The notes under the pieces were generated by a model. The model saw nothing but the letters and a program-made list of their open reading frames with translations. It did not search any database and was not told the origin of the DNA. A stretch of DNA of 64,000 bases from Camelus ferus (lineage: Eukaryota): positions 110,796,001 through 110,860,000 of the forward strand of contig NC_045696.1 in NCBI RefSeq assembly GCF_009834535.1, in the 5' to 3' direction. Shown in pieces: positions 1 through 13,335 of the stretch. Each line of letters starts with the position of its first letter. The first letter of the stretch is position 1. The position numbers were made by a program, and so were the translations under genes.

Positions 1-245
1 ATTGATTCTATCATATTTCAAAGGTGAAGATCTCACAACTTAAAAAAATATTATCCCATCGCATTTGGTATGCACGTGTACTGAAGAAAAACGGAATGCA
101 CACCCACGACATTTTGATGGTGGTTTGTTTCTGGGTGATACGGTTATAAGTGGTTTCATTTTCTTCTTTCTGCTTTTCCCTACTTTCCAAATTTCTTACA
201 ATGAACAGATATTTTTATTCAAGTCAGAAAAGAACATTTAAAATG
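1..245 (+). mobile_element. Ancient L1 (L1ME-like) 3' UTR remnant
   Basis: ggtggtttgtttctgggtga...tttccaaatttcttacaatgaaca...aaaa resembles old L1M 3' termini. Confidence 0.55.
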
Positions 246-559
246 TCTAGTATTACCTATATGCTGTTTCTCACTTGATTTTTGGGTACCCTCAGGTTTA
301 TAAAAGGTGGGTCTGAAAAGTAATTCAGTTTATAGCATAATTCACCTGCCTATTCCTATTCTACAGCCAATTCCTAAACTATTGAAGACAGAACATTTCC
401 TTTCCCTTGCTTCAATTTCTGCCCTTGTCCCCTTTCTCCATCTTTTGATATGTCTTGTATTAGATTCTACAACTTCTTGTAGTTAACATGAAAACCCCAG
501 AATAACACAATACCCATTTAGCGAGTCCTCAGTTTTGTCCTTAAGAATTTTCTGAATCA

Positions 560-1608
560 AATCAGGTCACTGGCCAATGAAAAAAAATCTTCCATTGGCT
601 TCCCACAATGCTTAGAATAAAATCCCAACTCCCTCCATGGACTTCAAGGTCCCTCGTAATCTGCCTCCTGCGACCTCATCAACTCAGCCCTGTCACTAGC
701 TTTTCCCTTGCTCACTCCACTCTAGTCGTGTGACCTCACTGTTCTTCAAACCAGCCACACCCACTACCACCTCAGGCACTTCGCATTTTCTTTTTTAATT
801 GAAATACAGTCAGTTACAATGTGTCAGTCTCTGGTGTACAGCATAATGCCCCAGTCATGCATATACATACATATATTCCTTTTCATATTCTTTTTCATTA
901 AAGGTTATTGCAAGATATTGCAATACAGAAGAAATATGTTTTTTATATATAGTGGTTAACCTTTGCAACTCTCAAACTTCCAAATTTATCCCTTCCCACC
1001 CTCTTTCCCTGGTAACCATAAGATTGTTTACTAAGTCTGCGAATGTGTTTCTGTTTTGTAGACGAGCTCATTAGTGTCCTCTTTTTTCTTTCTTTTTTCA
1101 GATTTCACATGTGAGTGATATCATATGGTATTTTTCTTTCTCTTTCTGGCTTACCTCATTTAGAATGACGATCTCCAGGTCCATCCATGTTGCTGCAAAT
1201 GGCACTATTTTATTCTTCTTTATGGCTGAGTAGTATTCCACTGTATAAATAAACCACAGCTTCTTTATCCAGTCATCTGTCAATGGACATCTCTCTGCTA
1301 ACAGCTTCCCTCAGAGGGGCTGACTCTCTCACTCCACTTCTTTAGGACTCCCTGGACCACCCCGAGAAAACTAGCTGCTTTGTAACAGGCTCTGTCCTTC
1401 CACCTTATTTTATTTCTGTTACAGCACTTTTCATGCCTGGCATTCTGTTGTGTGTTTATGTATGTATTTATTTGGTTGTTTATCATCCGTTTCCTGCACC
1501 AGTATTTTAACCTCCTTGAGAGCAGAGGCATTTACTGCTGTGCCTTGTTCGATAGAACAATACCTGGCACGTGGAGGGGCTCATTAAACATTTGTTAAAT
1601 GAATGAAT
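560..1608 (+). mobile_element. L2 LINE 3' part, interrupted by a young L1
   Basis: L2-like pyrimidine-rich body; terminus cctggcacgtggaggggctcattaaacatttgttaaatgaatgaat. Confidence 0.7.
786..1290 (-). mobile_element. Young lineage-specific L1, 5'-truncated (ORF2 C-terminus + 3' UTR)
   Basis: polyT followed by aattgaaatacagtcagttacaatg; ORF 1098-1283 ([35 protein letters not shown]) is the L1 ORF2p C-terminal region. Confidence 0.95.
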
Positions 1609-3242
1609 CCTTTCTAATCAACTTCTTTACCTAAAAAAAACAAAAAAACAAAATCCCATTACGTTTTGAAACTTTCTTGTAATATCTCTAAACTGGTTTT
1701 CTGTTTATTCCATCACTAGAGGGATGGGCATTTTTACCTCTTGGTTGACTTGCTTTGAATAAGTAGAGTTGCGTTAATCTTTATCTCTTGGTTCTGGGGT
1801 TTTCAAAGCTTTGTGATTGTCTAAGTTCTCTTCTCCAGGATTTGGCTGCTGACCTTAGGCTCCCTGCTAATTTCTGGCAATTGGGATATGTTTTGGGGGA
1901 ATCAGTCAGCTGAAGGAGAGGCATTTTTGAATCCTCTATTTGATCTGAAAAATTAATATAACTTCTTCATTTTATGTGAATATGTCTGTGTTTATGTAAT
2001 TAATTAGTTTTAGGTCACTTTACGCTTTATAATATACTCACAAATTTATGCACAACCTTCATGTTTACAAGTCCAAAAGGCAAAGAACCTCGAAGAAACT
2101 GTATCTTCACCTGCATTCGATACAATTAATACTATTGCCCCCTGCCTGTGTTTATCGTAATAAAAATAATATTTTTAAATGATTTATCATGGGGCACACA
2201 CTCCGTGATGATGTTACCACTGTCCCTGGTCCTGTCCCACACACTCACTCACATGAATGCACGCTCCAGGATAAAAGTACCCTCCTTCCGGAAGTGTGGC
2301 ATTAATCATCCTAAAAGGGAAATTACTTCAAGAAAACATGGGGACACTTTGTGATGCTTGATGGAAAGCTTTGTTGTAGGCAGTAGGGTGGCCCCTATTA
2401 TATCACAGTGAGGTTGAGTGTAGGCATCCTAAAACATCCTAAATATATCTATTTCACCCCATTTCATCCTTTCTTATTTCTCAATGATTTATTAGATTTA
2501 CTCAAATAAAATTGAGTAATCTGAAGCTCATACTCTACCCGGCACTGCTTATAAGAAATAATGTTGAACAAAGAAATATTAGTCTTAGTATAAAAAAATT
2601 CAAGCTTTTGGGTAACATGACATAATTTTGGATATAGATGTAGGAATTAAAAAGATTTTTACAGTCCCAATTTTGGACAACAAAGTAAACCCTTCAAGGA
2701 CATTGCTGTAGTAATGTACAGATGTTAGCGGGTTGGACCAAATTATAAGGCCATATGGTTGTTTCAATCAGGAAAGTCTTGTGGTTCAAAGGAAAACTAC
2801 AGAAATCTTCATGCATTGACCCTGTGTTTTCATTGTCAAAGAGGCTGACAGACGACTAGTGTCCTTACAGCTGGAGGATTTTAAATTTAGTGTGGCATTA
2901 TGGAAAAGTTAAATATCAGGGGCATAACATATATCCCAAAATGTCAGTTGTTCAAAAATATCACTTATTTGTAGTAAGAAAATACCTTAGCTTAGAGAAG
3001 TTCTATCAAAAATAAATATTTGATTAATGTGTTTAGTACCATGTTATGGCTTTACAAAAATTCCATTTTTTTATGGAAAAAATCCACAGAACAATGATTC
3101 ATATCAAGTGGTTGACAAGTCCATTTCTCAACTATCGCATTGAGACATAGTCGCTATATTCAATCCTAAATCACGATCGTTTTGTCAAATCCACTGAACC
3201 CAACCGAGGACAGAGTATTTTTGTCTGAGTCAAGTTTGTTCA

Positions 3243-3303
3243 GATGAAGAATGACTATAGGATGAAGAAGAATGACTATAAGGTGAAGAATGACTATAAG
3301 GTG
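3243..3303. repeat. Short tandem repeat, 3 x ~18-21 bp (core gaagaatgactata)
   Basis: Three directly repeated cores visible. Confidence 0.9.
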
Positions 3304-3319
3304 GGGGCTCTGAGCTCCT

Positions 3320-3666
3320 TCAGCAAGTCCCTGAGATCCTTAGATTCCTGAGATCTATTCTGAGGGTCCATGAGATCAAAACTATTTTTATATCAATACT
3401 AAGGTATTATTTTCTTTTTCACCCTCATTCTTTCCTGAGCATCCATCGGAGTTTTCCTAACGCTTCATGACATATGATGACATCATTGTCCTGATGGCAA
3501 GTTGAATGTGTTCCTGTGTATTCTTGTGTTTTAAAATGTTCTTGGTGTTAATTTCAAATATAGTAAATATCAATAGATTCAACCCACATAAGTAAAAGCT
3601 GTTAAAGATCCTTAAGTATTTTTAAGAATGTAAGAGTCCTGAGATGAAATGTTTGAGAAGTGTTGC
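3320..3666 (+). mobile_element. hAT-Charlie (Charlie1-derived) non-autonomous DNA transposon
   Basis: gggtccatgagatcaaaactattttt...aacccacataagtaaaagct...gtcctgaga...gtttgagaa matches the recalled Charlie1 ends. Confidence 0.7.
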
Positions 3667-4429
3667 TACTAGCCAGCTACTGATTAAAAAATGTGTTGAC
3701 AATCTACTGAGAGCAGGTCCTGGCACACCAAATTTGAGCAGACACAACCCCTCCCTAAAGGAGCAACTTGTGGGCAAAGACCGACACTTACAATGTGATG
3801 AGCCCCGTGAAACAAGCACAGGATATTATGGTTGCTAAGAAGAGGAACACTGACGCAATCATTTATTAGCTGAGTATTTAGGTCAATAGAAAAGACGTGG
3901 AGGAAGGAGGGAACATGATGCATTCTGGGGAACTGCGAGGAGTTGGATCAGGGTGTCTTGAAGGTGAATGATCTCTTTAAAACTTAACTTGTGTCTTCAG
4001 CTACTTTCATAAATGAGGTGATTACTACTGAACCACATTCAAAATGATCCATTGAATGGTGTGTTGTAAAGGTTTGATAAATGGCTTTGAAGAAAAAGAA
4101 TTCTGATTGGTAGCATTTGCCAACTTCCATAGGTGTAAATATTCCCACCACAGCTAATTTCAAGCTACCAACAGGATGTCATTAAACATGGAGTTGGGAA
4201 GAGGTGAGCACACCATTATATACCATTATGTACCACTGTATACCATTATGAAGTATTTCCATCATATGCAATACACATACCATAACAATCAATCACCTCA
4301 AGAGAGTAGCTAATACAATGTAGAAAAATAATTTGGAAGGGGTGAATTTTGAGTATTTATTATCTTTGTTTCTATTATAGTTTATTTAATTTTAAGTTTA
4401 TATTGTCTAGTTATTATTATTTCTTTTTA

Positions 4430-4597
4430 GGGAGGGAGGAAGGGAGGGAGAGGCACACAGAGCGACACAGACACAGAGAGACAGGCGGAGCCAGAGAGAG
4501 AGAGAGAGGAGAGAAGAAGGGAGAGAGAGAAGGAGAGTGGGAGAGAGAGACACAGAGAGAGACAGAGGAAAGAGAAGGAAAAAAGAGGCAGAGAGAG
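4430..4597. repeat. GA-rich simple repeat
   Basis: Imperfect (GA)n/(GGA)n run. Confidence 0.95.
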
Positions 4598-4670
4598 TAT
4601 ACAATTTAATTTTGAATGATGACTGTATCTAGCAAACGGTTTGCAAAATTCTTAAATATTTAACACTGGA

Positions 4671-4758
4671 TTTTTTTTTAATAGAGGTACTGGGGATTGA
4701 ACCAAGGACCTCATGCATGCTAGGCAAGGGCTCTCCCACTGAACTATACCGTCTCCAC
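4671..4758 (-). mobile_element. tRNA-Ala-derived SINE (Vic-1-like)
   Basis: polyT then gaggtactggggattgaacc...catgctaggcaag; flanked by imperfect taaca(a)ctg(g)att duplication. Confidence 0.85.
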
Positions 4759-5169
4759 TAACAACTGATTCTTACAAGCCAGTGCACACTGGCTCCAGCT
4801 CACCACTAAATACCATCTCATCAGGACTGCATTGTCGATCATGGGTGATTACAACTTCCTCATTCTGGAGGAAGAGGAAGAAGGGAGTGACATGTACTAA
4901 ACATCATTGTGGCTCTTTGTCAAGAATAGATTATAGAGGAGCAAAGACAACAGCCAGGAGGGAGGGCACCGGCCCAGGAGGCAGATGGCCTGGATCAGGC
5001 TAGACACAGGGAGGTGGAAAGAAGTGGGTGGATGGAAAAAAATCCATATTTGGAAGGAAGAGCTGACTAGCCTTAGATGTGACGTGTGAGGGGAAGGGGG
5101 AAATCAACGAACACTCCTAGGCACTGGGCTTGAGAAACTGGATGAATGGTTGTGTTATTTCTGAGGTCG

Positions 5170-5720
5170 CATGTCAGGATGCTTTGGACCATGAATTGCT
5201 GAAGAACTACCTCAATTTTCATAACAAGTAGTACAGAGGTAGAACACTCCAGGGATAGTTAATTTAGGGGCTCAAGGATGTCATCAAGAGCCTAGGTTCT
5301 TTCACTCACTTTTTCCCTGCTTTTGATTAGCGCTTTCAGGGTCTCAAGTGGCTGCCACCGCTGTCAGCACACGGCTTTATCTATAATATAGCTATAATAC
5401 TGCAGCATGCAGGCGGAAACAGCCAGATGCAGAAAGGAGATGGGCATTCCATTTGTATGGCTCATTTAATCTGTACGGAAAAACCTTCCCCTTAGGTTTT
5501 ATTGACTAAAGTCACAACACAACACCATTGTAAACCAATCACTGGTAGGAGGTAGGGCCGCTATGATTGACACAGACTGACCACAAGTCAATCTCTGGAA
5601 CTGGGAAAGGGGCCTAGTTCCAGGAAGCACATGGTTGTCTGGTACCTGAACAAGATCTGCATTCTTTTAGCAAGGAAGAATGTGGACGGATGCTGTGAGT
5701 AATCAACAGAAATGTCAGAT
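5170..5720 (-). mobile_element. Old MaLR LTR (MLT1J/K-like)
   Basis: ctcaaggatgtcatcaagagcctaggttctttc...ctgcattcttttagcaaggaagaa...gtaatcaacagaaatgtc. Confidence 0.5.
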
Positions 5721-5984
5721 ACAGATTTGTGAACATGGGGAAAAGCAGGAGGTAAAGCTTGATAGAGAAACAGGTTTATCTTATTTCTTAATACAAACTT
5801 ATGTAGCTCTTACTACCCTGGCTCTCAACCTTAGCCTCGTATCGAAATTACCTGTGAATAAAAAAAAAAAAAACCCTCTGTCTAGTGTCATCTCCAGAGA
5901 TTGTAATTTAATGGGTATGGGGTGCAGGCTGGGCCACTGGTTTATTACTCGGCAGATTCTGTTTGAAATTTTTTATAGATGTTA

Positions 5985-6165
5985 ATTTGTCTAATTCTCT
6001 TAACAGCCCTGTGAGATAGATACCGTTGTTGAGTTCCATTCTACAGATGAGAAAATTAAGGCACAAAAAGATTAAGTTATTTGCCTAAGGTCACACAACT
6101 AATAACTGAGAAACCCAGATTCAAACCCTTGGATGTCTGGTGCAGACCAAGTTCTTAGCCACTAG
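5985..6165 (-). mobile_element. MIR SINE
   Basis: MIR core cattctacagatgagaaaattaaggcaca...ttaagttatttgcctaaggtcacacaacta. Confidence 0.85.
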
Positions 6166-6391
6166 TCTATGCGGAGTAAACAAACAACAGCCCTGTTTAG
6201 AAGTGTTTGAAATGCCTATTAAAAATCCGAGTAGAGACGTTGAATGGTGATTGGAGTTTGGAGTTAGGGAGAGATTGGGACTGTTGCCATAAATCTGGTT
6301 ATCCTGGACATAGAGCTAGTATCCAAAGCCACAGGCTTCTATGAAATGATCTATAGAGAGTGTGTCAAATGAGAAAAGGAGAAGTGAATCT

Positions 6392-6632
6392 ATGTATAGA
6401 CAAAGTTGATTTGTAGTTGCCTAGGCTGCGTGTGGGAACAGACTTAACTATAAATGAGCAAAAAGGATCTTCCTGCAGTAAAAGAAATGTTCTGAAATTG
6501 GATTGTGGAGATGGTTGCACAACTCTGTAAATCTACTGAAAATTATTGTGCTCTTAAAATAGGATGGATTTCATAGTAACTTACACCTCAATATTGTTGT
6601 CACAATAATGTTAAGGAAAAAAATAAATAAAA
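6392..6632 (+). mobile_element. L1MB-like 3' end
   Basis: gaaatgttctgaaattggattgtggagatggttgcacaactctgtaaat followed by an A-rich tail. Confidence 0.75.
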
Positions 6633-7589
6633 GGACCAAGAATAGAGCCCTGTGGCATGCCAGCATTTAGAGTGCAAACAGAGTCGGGGTCCTGGAATGG
6701 CGTAATGAAGACTTGGAAGGGAACAGAAGAGTGTAATGCCACAGAGGCTGGGCGGAGAGAGTATTTTAAGGAGGAAGTGGTCAACTGTGATGAAAACCCC
6801 AAGTGTTTGCAGGAGACAGATGAGGACAGAGCAGTGACCACTGGATTTGGCAAGACGGGGCCATGTGACTCTGATGGGAGCAGCGCCAGTAGAGTGGGGG
6901 AGATGAAAGTACAGTCAGAACCAATTAAAAAGGGAAGGAGAGGCAAGGATGGAGAAGCTGCAGCTGTCTCCAACTCTTTGGGAAATATTTACCTATGAAA
7001 AGGAGCCGAAAATGGGGAGATATTGGATGGAGAAGCCGAGGAAGAAGATGCGGGCTGGTCCCCGCTCTGTGTTTGTGTGTGTTCAAGTACTGAGTGTGTA
7101 TGTGATGCAGTAAAGAGTCCAGAGGAAGGTCCTTGGAGAAGGAATGGGATCCAGAACACAGCAGAATGGTTGGATCAAAAAGCAATGGCCAACTCTTGCA
7201 TTTTAATGGGAGGAGGAGCGAGTTCTATTCCGAGAGACTTAATACTCTCAGTTAAAAGTAGGAAGCAACACCATCTGGGGAAATGGAAGCAAGGAGGTTG
7301 GAGACTGTTTCAGAGGTTTCAGGAGCAAGGGGTTAGGAAATACGTGTCCCAGATAGCGGGGAAGTAAACATTCAGTGGAACTACAGTGCAATTACCACGC
7401 AGAGCCAAGGGCCCAGCGGAGATCTCGGCTTTAATATTTCAGCTTTCCTTCACTCAGATGGTTTATCCGTTTTACCTTTCATCCAGCACAAATTCACTCT
7501 CCAGTTTTTTTTTTTTAACCTCTTATTTCTTTTTTCTAATTGTAATAGTACTTAAAATGTAAGTTTAAACCATAGTTGTGATACAAAGA

Positions 7590-9130
7590 CATTTTTAGCC
7601 CATTTCCGACTTTAAAGGGAATACGTGAATGCTTCACCATTAAGCAAAAAGCTGGAATTTTTATTTGACACACACTCAGAGATGCAAGCACACATTCCCC
7701 ACCCAATTTATGGAATTAAAAATATCCCTGTTTTCCTGCTTTATTGAGTCTCCTACAATTAAGAGAAGTATGCTGAATAGGTATTGGGTATTTTACAAAT
7801 TCCTCTTTAACAGCTACAGAAAGAAGTATCTGGTTTTGCTCCTTTGATCTTTTAATATGTTGAATTTTAACTTAAAATGTCTGCAGCCAATCTGTTTTGA
7901 TGATGCTGCATTTTTCCTTTAATGCTCAACGCGGTTCCATTTCCATCACTTTATTTTGCATTTTTAGATAGTATTCATAAAGCACTGATGTGTAGTTTTC
8001 TGTGTTATCATTTTCAGGTTTTGGGGAGACGTTATACTGGCTTTGTAAATACTGTTTGGAAGCCTTTCTTTTCTCTTCATGCTTTGGAACTATTTTAATG
8101 CACTAGAAATCTTTGTCCCTTGAAGTGTGACAGGAGGTGATGGAAATCCTCTGGGGTGTTTTCTGAATTGGGTGGCTTTTAAAGGGCACCTGTTTAACAA
8201 CTTTTTCAGTTGGTTTGTAGTATTTGGTCTCCTTGGCCCTTCTCATCTCTTTTGCTGTCTGTTTTGGTAATTTATATTAATATATAATCTGTATGTAATA
8301 TAAATTTGATACTTGCTATTAACATAATCCATTTCATTCCACTTTCTCATATTATTTTAAAATTCCGTTTACATTTTTTGTGTATAGTATGTTTATATTC
8401 TTTCTTCTAAATTTGTACACTTCCTGTTTAAAAATATATTCGCCAGGGAGCTTTTTCATTGTTTGTTATCCTATTTTTTATTCTTAAGTGTATTTATTAG
8501 CGCTGTCTGTGCTTTTTCTTTTTTTCTGATTCATTGCTTCCTGTTTTTGTCTTTATTTCTTTATGTTGCTTCATTTGGTTTGCTTTCTTCTAAAATGTCT
8601 TGATTTGAAAGTTTAACACTTAGTAATAAAACTATTAAATGTTACGAATTTTCTTCATGGCTTTAGAAGTTTCTCACAGTTTCTAATGCATTGTTGTTTT
8701 ATCATTGTTATTTTCTAGGTTGGTTACAACTTTTGATTTTTTTTTTCTTGACTGAATTGGGGGAAGGTTTCAAATTTTTTTGGTAACAGTATGCTTTATT
8801 TTTCATTTTTATTAATTTTCAAACATAAGCTAAAGTCTTCTACCATAATTGTATTTCTGTCCATTCTTGTTGCATTTTTGACATTGTTGCCTTATGGATT
8901 TATATGCTATATTTGCTATATAAAAACTTATGATAATCGAAACTTCATTGTGGACTGTACCATTATGTAGTACGTACTTTGATATAGTAACCATCTTTAT
9001 GTATTTTTTTCCTCTACCAAGGTGGCAAACTTTCCCCAATTATTACATGCCTGATCCTTTTTTTTTTAAATATTATAATATATATTCTAAACCTCCTCCC
9101 ATTTTGAGACTGTCTATCATCAAAACAACC
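7590..9130 (-). mobile_element. Highly decayed L1M body
   Basis: Long T-rich stretch with L1 antisense ORF2-type motifs (gactttaaagggaat...cttcaccattaag). Confidence 0.55.
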
Positions 9131-9349
9131 CATGTTCCATAATCAAGAGTCAGAATAAATTCATAACTTCTGCATCTTGATCCATGGCTTCAATTACACT
9201 GTTGGCATTCCAAGGCCTCCAAATCCTTTCTTAATGTAAAGAATAATGTAGAATGTAAAGAATGTATTCTCCATAAAGTTAACCAACCAAATATACAAAC
9301 TTACAACTTGGACAACGGAGGAAGCTACAGAACAGAAGGCTGCTAGACC

Positions 9350-9520
9350 CTAGAGCTTTTCTGAAAGAATCACCTGTGTTGCTGATAAAATAAAATGCAG
9401 GATCCTGGACTCTACTCCCAGAGATCCTGAATCTGTAGATTCGGAGGGTCAGGTTGGGGCAGAAACTGTAATTTCAGATGAGTACTCCAAGCGATGTTGC
9501 TAAACATGGTCTGTGGATCT
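9350..9520. mobile_element. MER5-like hAT MITE
   Basis: agaatcacctg...aaaatgcaggatcctggactctactcccagagat...gaatctgtag. Confidence 0.65.
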
Positions 9521-10119
9521 CCCTTTAAAAAAAAAAACACTGACTTAGGGAAAGGACTCTGGCTTAAAAAATAAACAAAGAAATCCTGGAGGAGCATGAA
9601 AATCATCTGCCTTAGGCTGTTTGCTCACTTTGAACAGCCGGCCTCCCAAGGGAGCGTGAGCTACGGTCCAGGGTCCTTTCCCCGTGGGTTCACAGCCTGA
9701 CAGACATCTCTGCACGGAGCCAGTAGGACAACGATGCTATTACCACTCACGCTTTGATTCCAGACCTCCTCTTGCCCTCTGCAAATGTTTATCATCTTTC
9801 CTCCTCTAAGTCCAGTCTCTGAGATAACATGTACCTTTCCCTGCACTTTGCCACTGAAATCTCTCTCTAATGCAGAGGAAGGAAACACAGCGTCATCCAG
9901 ACAGTCCACGCTGGTCCATTATCTCTCAGAAATGAAACATTTACCTAGGAACATGTATTAACTGTATTTGGGAAAGTTGAATTTATATTGGCTATTTTAC
10001 CATAACAAATTAGCTTTATGTGGACGCTTTCCTTTCCAAGAGAGACTGAGCTTTCACGGCTGATAAACGTTTCTGTCTTTTCTTCTCTCCCTCTTCCTCT
10101 TCTTGTCTTGCCCCCTTTC

Positions 10120-10357
10120 TGAGGCTGCTGTTAGAAGGTGCCGCAAACTGGGTGGCTCTGTTGTCTCACAGTTCTGGAGGCTCGAAGTCGAGATTAAGGC
10201 TACTTAATTAAGGTCGGTTCCTTCCAGGGCTGTGAGGAAGACTCTGTTCCAGCACTCCCACCTAGCTTCAGTGGAGTCCTGGTAATTTTTGGTTCTCTTT
10301 GGCTTATAGAAGCATCCCCTTGATCTCTGCCTTCATCTCCACATGGCATTCTCCCCG

Positions 10358-10393
<36 letters not shown>

Positions 10394-10563
10394 TTTTTGT
10401 CTAAATTTCCCCTTTTTATAAGCTATATTCTTTGGAGTCCACCCTAATGACGTCACTTTAACTTGATCATCTGCAAAAAAAAACCTATTTCCAAAGGACA
10501 CATCACAGGTACTGGGGGACAGGACACCAGCTTATTTTGGTGGGGATGCAGTTCAGTCCATAA
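10120..10563 (-). mobile_element. MaLR LTR (MLT1C-like) with internal (TG)n
   Basis: tctcacagttctggaggctcgaagtc...tctctgccttcatctccacatggc...cctatttccaaa. Confidence 0.8.
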
Positions 10564-11487
10564 TCTCCCTCCTTCTCCTTTTTGGCAGTATGACAATTGC
10601 TTCCATCTTCAATACCCCAACACGGCTCTGTCTTTCTTTTTTCTTGCTTTGACTGATTTTGGTTCTTTATTTCTTTGTTAAGTGCTTCTTTCATAGGGTG
10701 GTCATTCAGGCAGTAAATCATTTACTTTTATTTTCTTTAAATTATTAGAACAGTAAAATCCATTCATTGTGGATTTATGACAACAAGCCATAAAGAAGAA
10801 AATAAAAGTTGCCATAACACCATCAACGAGTGGGTAAGAGGAAAGAGTGTCACGAATGAGCAGTATCTGCCTTGAAAGTGGCTCGCACTGTGGGGACAGC
10901 GGGTAGAACATACTTTCCAAGTACAGGGAGCTGGGGAAAAGGCCGCCTGCTGCCCGAGACCAGCTCCCAGGTCACCCAGCGGCCATGTCCCCTTGACGAC
11001 CTCCTCCGAAAGAAAGGTAGCTGTTATCTCCAGGTGCAGATGAAGCAACAAGAGTTTGGAGGTTTACAGATTCTTCTTACAACCCGAAGTATTAAGGATC
11101 AGAGTTAAATCTAGGGTTTCCTGAATATAAAGTCAGCATTTTTAACCATTCTGCCTTATCTCTGCTAAAAGGTTATGCGTGAGCCAGAAGTTTAAAGTCA
11201 TGACTATTTTTAAAAATATTACCTTGGTATTAAATTGGCAAAAAAAAAAAACCAAAAAAAAACCAAACCCCAAAACCTGTTGTTTTCTACCATGCATTTA
11301 TTTAATAAATATTTATTGGAATTTCAACTTTGTTGAGCACTGTGGCTGGTCGATGCCGGTGATAGAAAGATGAACAAAGCACGTATGTTTTTGGGAAGCA
11401 GTTCAGAGTGAGGCAAGTGAAATCAGTTAAAGTAGTAATTACCTAACACGTGCGGGGCACAGAGTGCTTAGAAAAGGGAGGAATTGG

Positions 11488-11490
<3 letters not shown>

Positions 11491-11536
<46 letters not shown>
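11491..11536. repeat. (TG)23 microsatellite
   Basis: Perfect dinucleotide run. Confidence 0.98.
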
Positions 11537-11538
<2 letters not shown>

Positions 11539-12319
11539 ACAGGCTTCCCTTATTCTCTAAAAACCCATGGTTACTCTTAAGCAAACCTTTCCAGAACCTG
11601 GAGTCACCTGCTCCAAGTGACCACAAGACTCTGTACGTCTCAGACACATGCTTCTTACCTTCACGTAGAATATTGCTTGCTCGCCACCCTCTCTGTTCTC
11701 ACTTTGAACTCACTTTTCCGAGCAACAAATCTGCTGTCCGCCTTTGGGACAGGAACAGAGCAGCGGGTTTTGAGTAGAGGGTGTTTCTCATGTTCTCAAG
11801 TGGACCTTTCTAAGGTCAGTCTGTGCTGGGTCCAGTGGGCCAGTTAAAGGACACTGCCCTCTGCAGAACACGTTTGCTCCCTGGCCTGCTATGTGAGTGA
11901 CATGTTCATCTCTTACTGAGAGGCTCCAGTGAGGGGCTGGCAAACTTGCTTCCTAACAGTTGAAATGTTTTACTTTTTAACAAGATTATATAGTCTTCTG
12001 AGTGTTTTCCCATTGCCACAGAGTTGGAAGTGAATTTAAAGGCTCATTAATCTAATCATTTGTCTACCCTCCAACTCTTGGGAGAACCACGTGTGTAGGG
12101 ATTAAGGGCACACGTGTAGATTGGACTCCTGATGTCTCTGTCTGTCTCTGTCTTTGTCTGTCTCTAGGCAAGCTCCTTGGGCTGGTGAAACGTTAGTTTC
12201 TTTAGCTACAAAATGAGGATAATAATAATAGTGCTTAACTCAAAGAATTTGGGGGGGCCTGACTCAATAAGTAATATAAATAATATGTATTATTATCTTA
12301 GACAACTGGTCTTCTAACG

Positions 12320-12700
12320 TTCAGTTAACAAATATTTTATTGAGCATCTGCTATGTGCCCCGATGAGTTTTAATTCAGCAGTGAATTCTGATAATAAGAA
12401 CGTAACAAGGAGAGAAAGACTGGTCTTCCTAGAGCTTAACGAGAGAGCGGAAGAAGCAGACAGTACTCACAGAACACAAATCTATGACATCACTTCAGGG
12501 AATAATAAGCTCTAGGGAAAAAAATAAGCATGGTAAAGGAAAGAAACAGGAGAAGCTATCCTATGAAGACATTAGGGAGTCTCACTGAACAGATGACACT
12601 GAGCAGAGACTGGATAAAGTAAGGGAGGGACACGTGGCTTTCTGGGAGAAGAGTGTGGCTTGTTATGGAGGGGAGGTGACCTAGAGAGGAGAGGAAGATA
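12320..12700 (-). mobile_element. L2 3' end
   Basis: aacaaatattttattgagcatctgctatgtgcc is the L2 terminus in antisense. Confidence 0.65.
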
Positions 12701-13129
12701 TTTGATTCTCCTGATGTATGTTTCCTGCTGAACTTTAACCCCTTTGAGTGCGACTGTGGTTTTGGATTGGACGTCCTGTGGGCTTGTTTCACGTGGGTTA
12801 CCCTTGTTGATGAGCCCACTGGGCTGTGAGACAGCAGAGGAATAGGGGGGGAAATGATCTCAGCCCTCCTGGTGTCACTCACGCAAGCGGGCTCTGCCAT
12901 GCTTGGGATCCCAGGGTTGGAACCTGTGTAATAGGCCAGCTCTGTTGGGAATGACAAGGGTCTCCATTTTACCTGGCAAGTAGGTGCCGAGACTGAGCCA
13001 CATCTTAGAGGTGGTAAAAATGCACTGTGTAAAAATGACTCTCTATGATACGTGATGATTTTTATTCACAGACATTTTTATTCGCTCCTTTTTACCATAG
13101 GTCTTTCTGATTTTAAAAGTTAAAGGAAA

Positions 13130-13335
13130 CGTTAAGTGCCTTTCACGTTTTCGGCACTTTGTTTTCGTCTCACTGATACTCAAAATAATCCCAAGAGGTA
13201 GGATTTATATCCTCAGATGAAGGAGGTCAGAGAGGTTAAGTCATTTGTCCAAGATCACACAGATAGTAAGGAGCAGAATCAGCACTTGAAACCCAGATCA
13301 TTGTGATTCCAAAGCCTGTGAATTTCCACTCCCAG
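13130..13335 (-). mobile_element. MIR SINE
   Basis: cagagaggttaagtcatttgtccaagatcacacagatagtaag. Confidence 0.8.

Larger units (their letters stand above)
4056..4808 (-). mobile_element. MER63 (hAT-Blackjack), interrupted by a GA-rich repeat and a SINE
   Basis: atttcaagctaccaac...gagttgggaagag and terminal ctggctccagctcaccact resemble MER63B. Confidence 0.75.
4900..7030 (-). mobile_element. Fragmented L2 (hosts MLT1, MER5, MIR and L1MB inserts)
   Basis: Purine-rich L2 antisense motifs at about 4900-5165, 6190-6380 and 6630-7030 (e.g. gtgaccactggatttggcaag). Confidence 0.65.

Noticed and set aside
2520..3240. Possible endogenous viral or transposase coding remnant
   Set aside because: Partial manual translation gave stop-rich frames with no recognisable motif; only a BLASTX hit would revive it
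3243..3303. CRISPR-like array
   Set aside because: No unique spacers, only three short units, and a mammalian context without cas genes
4349..4609. Charged ER-rich ORFs here and at 16468-16662
   Set aside because: Translations of GA simple repeats
6611..6998. 113-aa and 120-aa overlapping ORFs
   Set aside because: They lie in decayed L2; GMPQGSILGP on the minus strand is an L2 reverse-transcriptase remnant, not a host gene
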